Below, piece after piece: positions 10,901 through 20,208 of a DNA stretch of 64,000 bases (position 1 is the first letter of the stretch; each line of letters opens with the position of its first letter). The DNA is from an uncultured Gemmatimonadales bacterium. GTDB taxonomy: Bacteria > Gemmatimonadota > Gemmatimonadetes > Longimicrobiales > RSA9. The position numbers and the translations under genes were made by a program. The DNA lies in assembly GCA_963708135.1 (NCBI GenBank), contig OY970192.1, positions 3,232,001-3,296,000 on the forward strand, given 5' to 3'. The notes beneath the pieces are model-generated. The model was given only the letters and a program-made list of their open reading frames with translations. It searched no databases and was not told the origin of the DNA.

Positions 10901-11394
10901 TTCCCCGTATCCGCGGCGGCGGCAAGGGCGGCGGAGTCGAGACCGACCGTGCGCCAGAGCTCCTCGAGCCCGCTCGTGAGCTGCGCACGCGCGTGGCGCG
11001 CCCAGCCACCCGACCAGTCCTCGAAGCGCGGGCGGAAGCGCAGCATGTCGGTCCAGAACGGCGGCGAGAGGCGGACGGCGAAGAGGTGGGCGAGCGACTC
11101 GAGGCCGAGGAAGACGGTGTCGGGCGCGGCAGCGGTGACGGAATCGGCGGCGGGGAGGGAATCGGCGGGCGGGGCGCGGAGCACGGAGTCGGGCCTTGCG
11201 ACGGGGGAGTCCGCCGGCGCGCGCAGGCGGCTGGAATCCGCGCGCGCGGGTAGCAGGCTGGAGTCCGCGCGCGCGGGTAGCCGAAGCGAGTCCGTCGCCG
11301 GACGGGCCCGGGCCGAGTCGGGCGTGCCCTGTGCGGCGGCGGGTGCCGCGGCGGCGAGGAGCAGCGCGGGGATCAAAAGCCAGCGTGCGTGCAT
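4993..11394 (-). CDS. sprA: SprA/Sov-like very large outer-membrane beta-barrel protein
   Basis: ~2130 aa with signal peptide; GTISDRIHLDVDYDQRREFD..NNINVYYQG..DEILQRLEVGDVS, GSEKITIGG..L.RGTDYTIDY and YVDDFES segments resemble SprA. Confidence 0.75.
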   Translation of the reverse strand: MHARWLLIPALLLAAAAPAAAQGTPDSARARPATDSLRLPARADSSLLPARADSSRLRAPADSPVARPDSVLRAPPADSLPAADSVTAAAPDTVFLGLESLAHLFAVRLSPPFWTDMLRFRPRFEDWSGGWARHARAQLTSGLEELWRTVGLDSAALAAAADTGKGGPGRPPGGPTISPPAGVAGVPGAPAPRQLVLPPSLSQYADVGMIITGRGEMGGAWNRYHPCDPGLRLDCNPSLFPQLKPDLQFGLRVGGTISDRIHLDVDYDQRREFDAANNINVYYQGLPDEILQRLEVGDVSIQLPQSRYLTQGIPAGNFGFKATGQMGPMDFQAVWAQQRGDVSRREFRLNGNQGSAGLVQDQSIVLDDASYVKGQFFFLLDPDSLAGAPHVNILQLRLEDAPASLRPAGGSAIQVYRDERPSAANQQQQAQLGYFLADATTPDGSLKHSGQFRRLVQGEDYIVHSSGLWIVLRQPLRDDEALAVSYVTAAGDTVGALDAENSPAGVTPTLRLLRGPTTIHQPGAATWKYEMHQVYRLDSSSGVDPSSVNLTISLGELSGGKTFAQVGADQVTYLRLFGLDENAPADQIDNAQIYQPAADNGFGGGAAGGGGGGAPTVGGTFIVFPTLQPFEAPPPVPAAGLDSAQSRAALGTDANSDIYENPDPVTRESSSRFRLSFDYRVKVDGLVSTFSLGALGIREGSEKITIGGKPLARGTDYTIDYDIGQVTLTNPESLFGTTPDAQIQATWEQKSQFQIAPTSVFGLNTKYALGKRGELDFMGLYQAQRSINARPQLGNEPGSIMLGGVSGRMDLGGRLLDRALARLPGLRLNGASSVKLTGELALSSPNPNRQGATYVDDFESTDQISLSLDRPVWRLGSRPADLTGAGAVLPPVLDAASAMRLVWQHDYRTSDGVIAGLLDPTTQIDDSIKVVGTSGAGGEPVLYMTYGDSAMTPGARRWRSLTTVLSTTGRDLSRSEYLEFYVAHTVGQDAALILDLGTVGEDAFYYDAQGQVTGTYPDGTPWGQGTLDQEVNVARHEVWSAVSDSLGLWNQDCHAAPGQTYPLGDPRADCTRGNGMLDSEDLDGNGVPDLSDGAYFRYVVPLDRMTPYLVRDTSITGTHFQLYRIPLRGMDAIPIGGATEGTWRFIKDLRITVAATVGERPGQVLLARMNIIGSRWAKRGVSGIVDGLDRTDPGAPGDAAGFRVGPVSRVNDSGYASPPGVTDQLQDPTSALGVSSVEINEKALRLSVTALQPDSRAEVYYRYPQQPRNFLSYRQMRVWAVARQGNWGPSGDEQLLIKVGNDDANYYLYRTRLAAPVPGAGAKASDWLPEIAIDFEPWFELRAAAEEALIQQPDRTAPLVLWSADSTYGVVLQDRARAPNLAAVRELSFSIYNGGIAPEPAEVWIDDVRLGSALTDPGFAGAVNLDVRGGDFIAATASYSHQGALFHQLGQGASYQRSADMGLNARAELGHLAPTGWGIEAPLTVSYAHTGLDPMFLQQSDVLANQLSNLRFTGASRTRVDLALRRTTPASNPWLGLLLDGTALRLGYSAASNGNITSLSQAGGLDAALTYDRKIDAHELDITPGFVDGLVHALFPAFLEKSQLFKELTGAKLRWSPDAISFSTSYSNQQSRAYRYSTILALPSDTLVAPVESPRMGLQNTARLSLRPFETMSASVSVNSTRDLLPADRATTAPLQRQAIRDARGSVGGLDIGWETARNMTTSFAFRPRVASWLQPGLSYSAHFGTARNPSYLRIIADGADSSAALQRQFQADRTLNRTLQIDPGGLMSTLFGARRDSTAGRASRVLRSIGSAVRPIDLTWIDGLGSQFERADGDPGTGYQLGLGGLGGFRVIGQDTAVSTNQRSAFRARTGLALPFQTQLALSYDGSDNSYLDTRGGQRTQHQATWPDIQLQWGSIPIPGFARPVFRHLSMTTGYQHTDQRNVLGGAGLVLEGGAGGPGGGGAGATRAQVRSTVQSRYPLQLSLGVGTIGTATYTGSITHGSTADPTGNAQEDQTNHTVQLSGAFRAPPMFRDKLKSPLHVSLSLSQQGERSCRFVQTTTESSGCVPYVDYMNRRIDLTFDTMLSDLNVGVQMSYNSRQSHIGTLNGTSQFQLGIFGQFDLSAGQLPSDLPH

Positions 11395-11472
11395 ACCAAT
11401 CCAGGAACGGGGGCAGCATCCCCCGGCATTCACGAAGAGACGGCGGCGCCGAGCGGGGCGCGGGGTCGAGGG

Positions 11473-11501
11473 TTGTCGCTCACGGAAGCCGTAAATATAC
11501 T
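11473..11501 (+). promoter_or_regulatory. Probable sigma70 promoter for lptFG
   Basis: TTGTCG-17 nt-TATACT in the only AT-rich patch of the divergent intergenic region, about 75 bp before the lptF start. Confidence 0.6.
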
Positions 11502-11575
11502 AACTGTTTACACACCTCTCAACGCCGGATCGGTCCGTCGATGCAGACGTCGGGAACAGGGAGCCGCGTGAGCCC

Positions 11576-13003
11576 GTGCGGATCCTGACACGCTATCTGC
11601 TGAGGGCCCACGTGGCGCCCTTCCTGTTCGCGCTGATCGCGCTGACGAGCATCCTGCTGGTGAACACGGTGGCGCGGCAGCTGGAGAACCTGGCGGGCAA
11701 GGGGCTCCCGGCGTCGGCATTCGTCGAGGTGTTCGGCCTCTCGGTGCCGCACGTGGTGGCGCTGACGCTGCCGATGGCCGTGCTGGTGGCGGTGCTGTAC
11801 ACGTTCAGCCAGCTGACGGCGGAGAACGAGATCACGGCGATGAAGGCGAGCGGGGTCAACCTGCTGCGGCTGCTCGTGCCGGTGCTCGGGGCCGGCGTGC
11901 TGCTGGCAGTCTTCATGGTATGGTTCAACGACCAGGTGCTGCCGAACGCGAACCACCGGCTGGCCAACCTGCTGCTCGACATCGCGCGCAAGACTCCGAC
12001 GCTGCAGCTCAAGGAGCAGGTGATCAACGAGATCGACTCGGGCGACATGCGCTCGCGCTACTACCTGCAGGCGGCGAACATCGACGCGGGCACGAACCGG
12101 CTGAAGGACGTGGTGATCTACGACCTGAGCGATCCGGCGAAGGCGCGGACGGTGTACGCCGACAGCGGGCGGATGGCTTTTAACCGGGAGCGGACGGATC
12201 TGTTCCTGGAGCTTCGCTCGGGGTGGGTCCACGACCTGAGCACGCGCCAGCCGGACCAGTTCCAGCGGACCCGCTTCGACAGCTACCTGCTCGACCTGAA
12301 GGACGTGGGCAACCAGTTCGAGCACAGCGGCGACAGCTACCGCGGCGACCGGGAGATGGGGCTCGCCGAGCTGCGGGCCGAGGCGGAGAGCGCGCGCAAG
12401 GAGCTCGCGCGCGTGGGCCAGGACGCGGCCGCACGCTCGGGGCGCGCGGTCACGCTGGCGCTGCAGGGTGTCGAGCGGCGGCCGCCGCCGCCGGTGTACG
12501 CGACGCCTCCGGCGCAGCCGGAGCACCCGCGCTACCGGCCGGAGGACGAGATGGTGCGGCAGACGGCGCTCGAGCTGCGCGTGCTCCGCGACCGGCAGAG
12601 CGCGCTGCAGGACCGCCTGAACTCCTACGAGGTGGAGTACCACAAGAAGTTCGCGATCCCCTTCGCGTGCATCGTGTTCGTGCTGATCGGCGCGCCGCTG
12701 GCCGTGCGCTTCCCGCGCGGCGGCATGGGAATGGTGATCGCGATCTCGCTGTCGATCTTCGGGATCTATTACGTGGGGCTGATCGGCGGGGAGACGCTCT
12801 CGGACAACGGGCTGCTGGCGCCGTTCTGGGCCATGTGGGCGGCCAACATCCTCTTCCTCGCCGCGAGCGTGTGGGGGCTGGTGCGGATCGGCCACGAGGC
12901 CTCGACCACGCGCGGCGGCGGCTGGGACGACCTGCTGCACACCCTGCGCGGCGCCGCGCTCCACCCGGTGCGGGTACTGCTCGGCCGCGGAAGAGCGGCG
13001 TGA
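11576..13003 (+). CDS. lptF: LPS export ABC permease LptF
   Basis: MRILTRYLL, LTLPMAVLVA, ENEITAMKASGV, EYHKKFAIPFAC. Confidence 0.88.
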   Translation: MRILTRYLLRAHVAPFLFALIALTSILLVNTVARQLENLAGKGLPASAFVEVFGLSVPHVVALTLPMAVLVAVLYTFSQLTAENEITAMKASGVNLLRLLVPVLGAGVLLAVFMVWFNDQVLPNANHRLANLLLDIARKTPTLQLKEQVINEIDSGDMRSRYYLQAANIDAGTNRLKDVVIYDLSDPAKARTVYADSGRMAFNRERTDLFLELRSGWVHDLSTRQPDQFQRTRFDSYLLDLKDVGNQFEHSGDSYRGDREMGLAELRAEAESARKELARVGQDAAARSGRAVTLALQGVERRPPPPVYATPPAQPEHPRYRPEDEMVRQTALELRVLRDRQSALQDRLNSYEVEYHKKFAIPFACIVFVLIGAPLAVRFPRGGMGMVIAISLSIFGIYYVGLIGGETLSDNGLLAPFWAMWAANILFLAASVWGLVRIGHEASTTRGGGWDDLLHTLRGAALHPVRVLLGRGRAA

Positions 13004-14076
13004 TGTTCCGCCTGCTCGACCGCTACATGAGCCGGGAGTTCACGCGCATCTTCATCGTGTTCGTGCTGGGCGCGCCGCTGCTCTTCGTGATCGGCGACCT
13101 GGTGGACAACCTCGGCCACTACCTCGACCGCGGCCTCAGTCCCGGCCAGGTCGCGCTCGGCTACGTCTACCAGATGCCGCAGTTCATCCTCTTCTCCTTC
13201 CCCGTGGCCGCCCTCATCGCGACGGTCTTCACCGTGGGCAACATGACGCGGCACTCCGAGATCGCCGCGGCCAAGGCGGGCGGCGTGAGCTTCCACCGGC
13301 TGACGCTGCCGCTGCTGCTGCTCGGGGTGCTGCTGACCGGCGCCGGCTTCGGCCTCTCGGAGCTCGTGCCGATCGGGATCCGCAAGCGCGCCGAGGTCAT
13401 GGGCGAGCGCGGCCCCGCCCAGGCCGCCCGCACCGACTTCGTCTACCGCGCCCCCGACGGCGAGGTCTACGCCGTGCGCCGCCTCGACGTGGCCGCCGGC
13501 CGCATCGAGGGCCTCTCCATGGAGCGGGAAGGCGACGAGCCGCGCGTCCCCGGCGTCAGCGTCTTCGCCAGCAGCGCCTACTACGCGAAGGGCGCCGGCT
13601 GGCTGCTGCGCGAGGGCTACCTGCGCCTGTTCGTGGGGCCGGGCCAGGAGCGCAGCTGGGAGTTCCAGACACTGCACCCCGTCGGCCTCACGGCCACGCC
13701 CGAGCAGCTGCTCGCCATCCCGAAGTCCCCCGACGAGATGGGTTACCGCGAGCTCGGTCGCTTCATCGACATCCTGCGCCACTCCGGCGGCAAGCCGTTC
13801 CAGCTCATGGTCAAGCGCGCGCAGAAGATCGCCATCCCCGTGGCCACCCTCATCATCATCCTCTTCGGCGCGCCACTCGCCAACAGCTCCGCGCGCGGCG
13901 GCGCCGCCTACGGCATCGGAATCTCCCTCGGCATCACGGTCATCTACATGATGCTGCTCCGCGTGTCCGGGGGAATGGGCGCGGGCGGCTCGATCCCGCC
14001 GCTGCTGGCGGCATGGCTGCCGAATCTGGTGTTCTTCGTTGCGGGGGTGGGGCTGCAGGCGAGGGTGAAGACGTAA
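13003..14076 (+). CDS. lptG: LPS export ABC permease LptG
   Basis: ATG overlaps the lptF stop; LLDRYMSREF, HSEIAAAKAGGVS, LAAWLPNLVF. Confidence 0.88.
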   Translation: MFRLLDRYMSREFTRIFIVFVLGAPLLFVIGDLVDNLGHYLDRGLSPGQVALGYVYQMPQFILFSFPVAALIATVFTVGNMTRHSEIAAAKAGGVSFHRLTLPLLLLGVLLTGAGFGLSELVPIGIRKRAEVMGERGPAQAARTDFVYRAPDGEVYAVRRLDVAAGRIEGLSMEREGDEPRVPGVSVFASSAYYAKGAGWLLREGYLRLFVGPGQERSWEFQTLHPVGLTATPEQLLAIPKSPDEMGYRELGRFIDILRHSGGKPFQLMVKRAQKIAIPVATLIIILFGAPLANSSARGGAAYGIGISLGITVIYMMLLRVSGGMGAGGSIPPLLAAWLPNLVFFVAGVGLQARVKT

Positions 14077-14148
14077 CGGCGGGCCCGGGGCCCGAGGCTC
14101 GGGCTTCGGGGCCCGGGGGTCGCGCTTCGACCTCCGGGCGGGAGCACA

Positions 14149-14613
14149 TCAGTCGGCGGAGAGGGCGCCCCCGTGGCCGTCGTCGTGATCGGCGTCGGGA
14201 CCGCGCGGGCGGGTGGACGAGGTGGCCGGCGGAGGACGGCCGATGCGGGACTCGACCTCGTGCAGCACGCGCACGGGGGAAACCGGCTTCTCCAGGTAGC
14301 GGCAACACCCGGCCTCGCGGGCGGCGGCGCCCATCTCGGCTTCGGGGCGGCCCGAGAGGACGATGACGTGGATGTCCGACGTCGCCTCATCGTCCTTCAG
14401 GATCCCGCAGAACTGCAGTCCGTCGAGCCGCGGGATCATCAGGTCGAGCAGCACCAGGTCCGGATGGTGCGCCTGCGCCATCTCGAGCCCCTCCACGCCG
14501 TCGTGGGCGAAGAGGACGTCGAAGCCGTTGTACCAGAGGACCCGCCCGTAAATCTCGCGGTCGTGGGGGTCATCCTCCACGACGAGCACGAGCTGCCGCT
14601 TCAGTCTCGTCAT
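14149..14613 (-). CDS. Single-domain response regulator
   Basis: LVVEDD, PDLVLLDLMIP..DG, YLEKP. Confidence 0.88.
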   Translation of the reverse strand: MTRLKRQLVLVVEDDPHDREIYGRVLWYNGFDVLFAHDGVEGLEMAQAHHPDLVLLDLMIPRLDGLQFCGILKDDEATSDIHVIVLSGRPEAEMGAAAREAGCCRYLEKPVSPVRVLHEVESRIGRPPPATSSTRPRGPDADHDDGHGGALSAD

Positions 14614-14768
14614 CCGGCCCCCGACTCAAAAGCCAAAGCATCTCATTGCGGTGCCGCAAGTTGCACGCCCGGAGGGCAGGCGCCAGGGGAATCGCGCGCC
14701 TGCTGGAAGGTCCGTGGAGCGACTGTGCCGGGGGTGGGGGAAAAGGGACGGGAACGGGGGGAACTGGG

Positions 14769-14878
14769 GGGGCACGGGCACACGTTTACGTTCACGTGGA
14801 CGGGCATCAACGGAAGGCAGAAACGGAAGGCAGGGGCAGGTTCAGGGGCAGGTTCAGGGGCAGGGGCAGGGGCAGGTT
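14769..14878. repeat. Hexamer repeats: (CAGGGG/CAGGTT)8 at 14831-14878 and a CACG/TACG-type tract
   Basis: Read directly; abuts the stop codon of the DapF-like gene. Confidence 0.85.
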
Positions 14879-15757
14879 CTACTCCGCGGCGAGCCGGCTC
14901 GTGAGCTCCTCCGTCAGCTCCCCCTCGAGGATGATCTCGACATCGCCGCGCAGGCGCACGGAGTAGTCGTCGGCCACCCTCACTCTCACGCTCCCGCCCT
15001 CCATCTCGACCGTGAGCTCGTCGCCGCGGGAGACGAGGCCGAGGCGGGTGGCGATGGCGGCTACGGCGCAGGCGCTCGAGCCGGAGGCCAGGGTCTCGCC
15101 GGCGCCGCGCTCCCAGATCCAGGCCTGGAGGCGGTCGGGGCCGAGGACGCGGGCGAGCTGGACGTTGGTGCCGGCGGGGAAGGCGGCGTGGGTGGCGAGC
15201 TGCGGGCCGCGGCGCAGGAAATCGGCGCGGTCGAGCGGGCCGTCGAGCAGCACGACGCAGTGGGGGTTGGCCAGCGAGACGGGATTGACCTCGAGGACCT
15301 CGCCGTCGGGCAGCTCGAGCGGTGTACGCAGCGCCTCGCCCGGCACGGGCGTGAAGCCTACGGCCTCGCCGCGGAAGTCGGCGCGGCCCATCTCGACGGT
15401 GATGTCGAGGATGCCGGTCGCCGGCGCGGCCTGGATGGTCATGGTGACCTCGTCGCGCGGGAGGCGGACGGTGAAGGCGTCGCCTGCCACGAGGCCGCGG
15501 CGGTGCAGGAAAGCGCCGAAGATGCGCAGCCCGTTGCCGCTCTTCTCGGCCGTGGTGCCGTCGGGATTGAAGATCTCGAGGCGGAACGGCGGCCCGTCCA
15601 GGTGGCCGAGCAGGATGCCGTCGGAGCCGATGCCGCGGTGGCGGTCGCAGAGGCGACGCACGCGCGCGGGCGTGAGCGGCCAGGGCAGCGCGGCCGCGTC
15701 GAGGACGATGTAGTCGTTGCCCAGGCCGTGGCCGCGGGCGAAGGCGAGGCGGCTCAC
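14879..15757 (-). CDS. dapF: Diaminopimelate epimerase-fold protein (both catalytic Cys positions are Ser)
   Basis: GHGLGNDY, RHRGIGSDG, IFNPDG..AEKSGNG, NPHCV, TNVQ, WERGAGETLASGSS; GTG start inferred. Confidence 0.75.
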   Translation of the reverse strand: MSRLAFARGHGLGNDYIVLDAAALPWPLTPARVRRLCDRHRGIGSDGILLGHLDGPPFRLEIFNPDGTTAEKSGNGLRIFGAFLHRRGLVAGDAFTVRLPRDEVTMTIQAAPATGILDITVEMGRADFRGEAVGFTPVPGEALRTPLELPDGEVLEVNPVSLANPHCVVLLDGPLDRADFLRRGPQLATHAAFPAGTNVQLARVLGPDRLQAWIWERGAGETLASGSSACAVAAIATRLGLVSRGDELTVEMEGGSVRVRVADDYSVRLRGDVEIILEGELTEELTSRLAAE

Positions 15758-15870
15758 CGGACGAGCTCGGGCGCGGGTGCAACCATGAAACCTCCCATCG
15801 GTATCTACGTAAGGGAAACGCGAGCCCGCGGGCGGGCTCCGCACCCGATCATCGAGAACGAAAGACGCGC

Positions 15871-18621
15871 ATGCAGAATAGATACGCGACGATGTTCCCG
15901 GCCCGGCCGAGTCGGGCCTGGCCGCTGGCCGCCGCGCTCGCCCTCCTCACCGCCGGCGGCCTTTCCGCGCAGAAATCGGAGCGCCTGGCGGCACAACCCG
16001 CGCCGGCGGCCGCTCGTCCCGCGCCGAAGCGGAACGCGCCGCGCGAGATGACGGCGGAACGGATCCCCGCGCACGCGTCGGCGCCGGTCATCGACGGCCG
16101 GCTGGACGACGCGGTATGGGCCGACGCCCGCGTGGCGGACGCGTTCACGCAGATCCAGCCGGATCCGGGCGCCGCCGCGACGCTGCGCACCGAGGTCCGT
16201 ATCGCCTACGACGCGGACGCGATCTACGTGGCGGCGCGGATGTACGACCCGCACCCGGACTCGATCGCGGCACAGCTGACGCGGCGGGACGAGGTCGGGT
16301 ACTCGGGCCAGTTCCTCGTCGCCTTCGACAGCTACCACGACCACCGCACGGGCTACGCGTTCGCGCTGACGCCGAGCGGCGTGAAGCAGGACGTCTTCCT
16401 GTACGACGACACGAAGAGCGACGTGAGCTGGGACGCCGTCTGGGACGGCGCGGCGAGGGTGGACTCGCTCGGCTGGACGGCGGAGTTCCGGATCCCGCTG
16501 TCGCAGCTGCGCTTCAACCTGAAGGAGCGGGGCGAGGACGGCAAGCTGGTCTGGGGGGTGGACTTCAAGCGGACGATCGCGCGCTACAACGAGCAGGCGG
16601 TGTGGGCGCCGATCCCGCGCGAGGTGGACCGGGTGGTCTCGCTGTTCGGCGAGCTGCACGGGCTCAGCGGGCTGGCCTCTCCGCGGCGGCTCGAGGTGGT
16701 GCCGTACAGCGTGGCGCGGCTGACGCGCGCGCCGGCGGACCCCGGCGATCCGTTCCACAGCGCGAACGACCTGTCCACGACGGCGGGCGCGGACGTGAAG
16801 TACGGGCTCGGCCCGGACCTGACGCTGACCGCGACGGTGAACCCGGACTTCGGGCAGGTCGAGGCGGACCCGTCGGTGGTGAACCTGTCGGCGTACGAGA
16901 CCTTCTTCCCGGAGAAGCGGCCGTTCTTCGTGGAGGGCGCCGACATCTTCCGCTTCGGCATCGGCTTCGGCGACGGCTCGATGGGCAACGAGCAGCTCTT
17001 CTACTCGCGCCGCATCGGCCGCTCGCCGCAGGGGCCGGTGCCGGACAGCGCGGCGTTCAGCAGCATGCCGTCCTCGACGACGATCCTGGGCGCGGCCAAG
17101 CTGTCGGGCAAGACGGCGAGCGGCTGGTCGGTCGGCGTGCTGGATGCGGTCACCGGGCAGGAGAACGCGCGCACGGCCGGCCCTCAGGGCGGACGGCTCG
17201 GCAGGATTCCCGTCGAGCCGCTGACCAACTACGGCGTGGCGCGGCTGATCCGCACGTCCAGCGACGGGCAGAGCGCCGTCGGCGGCGTGTTCACGGCGAC
17301 GAACCGCCGGCTCGACGACCCCTCGCTCGACTTCCTGCGCAGCGCGGCGTACTCCGGCGGTGCGAACGTGCGGCACCGCTGGGGCGGCGGCAACTACGAG
17401 GTCACGGGGTGGCTGCTGGGCAGCGAGGTGCTGGGCAGCGACTCCGCGATCGCGCAGACGCAGCGCTCCTCGACCCACTACTACCAGCGGCCGGATGCCG
17501 GCTACCTGCACTACGACCCGACGCGCACCTCGCTGGCGGGGTGGGCGGCCGACCTGAGCGTGGCCAGGACCGGCGGCGGGCACTGGAGCGGCGGCTTCAT
17601 CGGCAACGTGCGCTCGCCCGGCTTCGAGGTGAACGATCTCGGCTACCAGCAGAACGCCGACCTGGTGATCTCGGGCCTCTACGGCTCCTACAGCGAGTAC
17701 CGCCCCGGCCCGCTGCTGCGGGACTGGCGCGTGAACGCGAGCGCGTTTGGCGGCTGGAACTTCGGCGGCGATCCGCTCGACCGCGAGCTGAACGTGAACG
17801 GCCACTTCACTCTGCTCAGCAACTGGGGCGGCGGGCTCGGAGTGAACCGGAACATGGCGCGTATCGAGACGGGCGCGCTGCGCGGCGGCCCCTCGATCCA
17901 GGCGCCCGGCCGCACGAGCCTGAACGCATGGGTCTACAGCGACGACCGGAACCCGGTGAGCGTCTCGCTGAGCGGCTGGCTGAACCGCGAGGACGGCACC
18001 GGCGGCCGCTCGGGCGGGCTGTCGCCGAACATCAGCGTGCGGCCGTCGGGCAACGTGCAGCTCTCGCTGGGGCCGAGCATCGACTGGAACCGCGATGCCT
18101 GGCAGTACGTGGCCGAGGCGGACACCCCCGGCGGCGCGCGCTACGTCTTCGGCTCCCTGCGCCAGACCACGGTCTCGCTCACGACCCGGCTGAACTACAC
18201 GTTCTCGCCCACGCTCTCGCTCCAGCTCTACGCGCAGCCGTTCGTGAGCGCGGGCCGCTACAGCCGGTTCCGGCAGATCGTGGACCCGCGCGCGGCCGCG
18301 TTCTCGGATCGCTTCCACACCTACGCGCCCTCCGAGATCCACTACGACCCGGGCGCGGAGAGCTACACCGTGGACCCCGGCGCGGGGGCGCGGGCGTTCA
18401 GCTTCGACCAACCGGACTTCGGGGTGCGGGAGCTGCGCTCGAACGCGGTACTGCGCTGGGAGTACCGGCCGGGCTCGACGCTCTTCATCGTGTGGAGCCA
18501 GGGCCGCTCCATCGATGACAGCGACGGCTCGTTCCGCTTCTCCCACGACGCGCGGGCGCTCTTCTCGGCACCCGGAACGAACGTGCTGCTGGTCAAGTTC
18601 AGCTACTGGCTGGGGCTGTAG
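15871..18621 (+). CDS. DUF5916 outer-membrane protein with N-terminal CBM9-like domain
   Basis: PVIDGRLDDAVW, NPDFGQVEAD, FFPEKRPFF, LFYSRRIG, C-terminal KFSYW. Confidence 0.85.
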   Translation: MQNRYATMFPARPSRAWPLAAALALLTAGGLSAQKSERLAAQPAPAAARPAPKRNAPREMTAERIPAHASAPVIDGRLDDAVWADARVADAFTQIQPDPGAAATLRTEVRIAYDADAIYVAARMYDPHPDSIAAQLTRRDEVGYSGQFLVAFDSYHDHRTGYAFALTPSGVKQDVFLYDDTKSDVSWDAVWDGAARVDSLGWTAEFRIPLSQLRFNLKERGEDGKLVWGVDFKRTIARYNEQAVWAPIPREVDRVVSLFGELHGLSGLASPRRLEVVPYSVARLTRAPADPGDPFHSANDLSTTAGADVKYGLGPDLTLTATVNPDFGQVEADPSVVNLSAYETFFPEKRPFFVEGADIFRFGIGFGDGSMGNEQLFYSRRIGRSPQGPVPDSAAFSSMPSSTTILGAAKLSGKTASGWSVGVLDAVTGQENARTAGPQGGRLGRIPVEPLTNYGVARLIRTSSDGQSAVGGVFTATNRRLDDPSLDFLRSAAYSGGANVRHRWGGGNYEVTGWLLGSEVLGSDSAIAQTQRSSTHYYQRPDAGYLHYDPTRTSLAGWAADLSVARTGGGHWSGGFIGNVRSPGFEVNDLGYQQNADLVISGLYGSYSEYRPGPLLRDWRVNASAFGGWNFGGDPLDRELNVNGHFTLLSNWGGGLGVNRNMARIETGALRGGPSIQAPGRTSLNAWVYSDDRNPVSVSLSGWLNREDGTGGRSGGLSPNISVRPSGNVQLSLGPSIDWNRDAWQYVAEADTPGGARYVFGSLRQTTVSLTTRLNYTFSPTLSLQLYAQPFVSAGRYSRFRQIVDPRAAAFSDRFHTYAPSEIHYDPGAESYTVDPGAGARAFSFDQPDFGVRELRSNAVLRWEYRPGSTLFIVWSQGRSIDDSDGSFRFSHDARALFSAPGTNVLLVKFSYWLGL

Positions 18622-18638
18622 GAGGGAACGGAGAGGGT

Positions 18639-18748
18639 TCGCGGGGGGCTCACCCGGGCGCTCGCGGGGGCTCACCTGCGCGCTCGCGGGGGCTCACCTG
18701 CGCGCTCGCGGGGGCTCACCTGCGCGCTCGCGGGGGCTCACCCGCGCG
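18639..18748. repeat. Five tandem 22-bp repeats (TCGCGGGGGCTCACCTGCGCGC)
   Basis: GGCTCACC at 18647, 18669, 18691, 18713, 18735. Confidence 0.92.
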
Positions 18749-18780
18749 GCGATTCGACCTTCCAACTGCTTGTCAGGGAG

Positions 18781-18960
18781 TGAACGGAGGCAACGGAGAA
18801 CGGATCCTTCCTTTTCCCCGCACCGCCCGGCCGGCCGCATTCCCGGGCGCGGCGGACGGATGAAAGAAATGGGCGGGGTCGTGCGGATGCCGGGAGGCGG
18901 CGCTCGCCCGGGTAGCGGCGCCCGCCGGCTCCGTTGCCTCCGTTCCTCCGTTTCCTCGGG
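18781..18960. repeat. Element with inverted ACGGAG-type short-repeat arms
   Basis: GAACGGAGGCAACGGAGAACGGA ... CTCCGTTGCCTCCGTTCCTCCGTTTCCTC. Confidence 0.75.
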
Positions 18961-19084
18961 TAACATCGCTGTTCGGCTGCCCGACCCTCGCCCAGACGCG
19001 CGCCCTCGCGCCAGCCCCGCGATGCCCGACGCCGCGCCCCTCGCGCCAGCCCCGCCGAGCTGTCTGGTCCCTCAGTGCGCTCCC

Positions 19085-20194
<1,110 letters not shown>

Positions 20195-20208
20195 ACGCCC
20201 TCCCCCGC

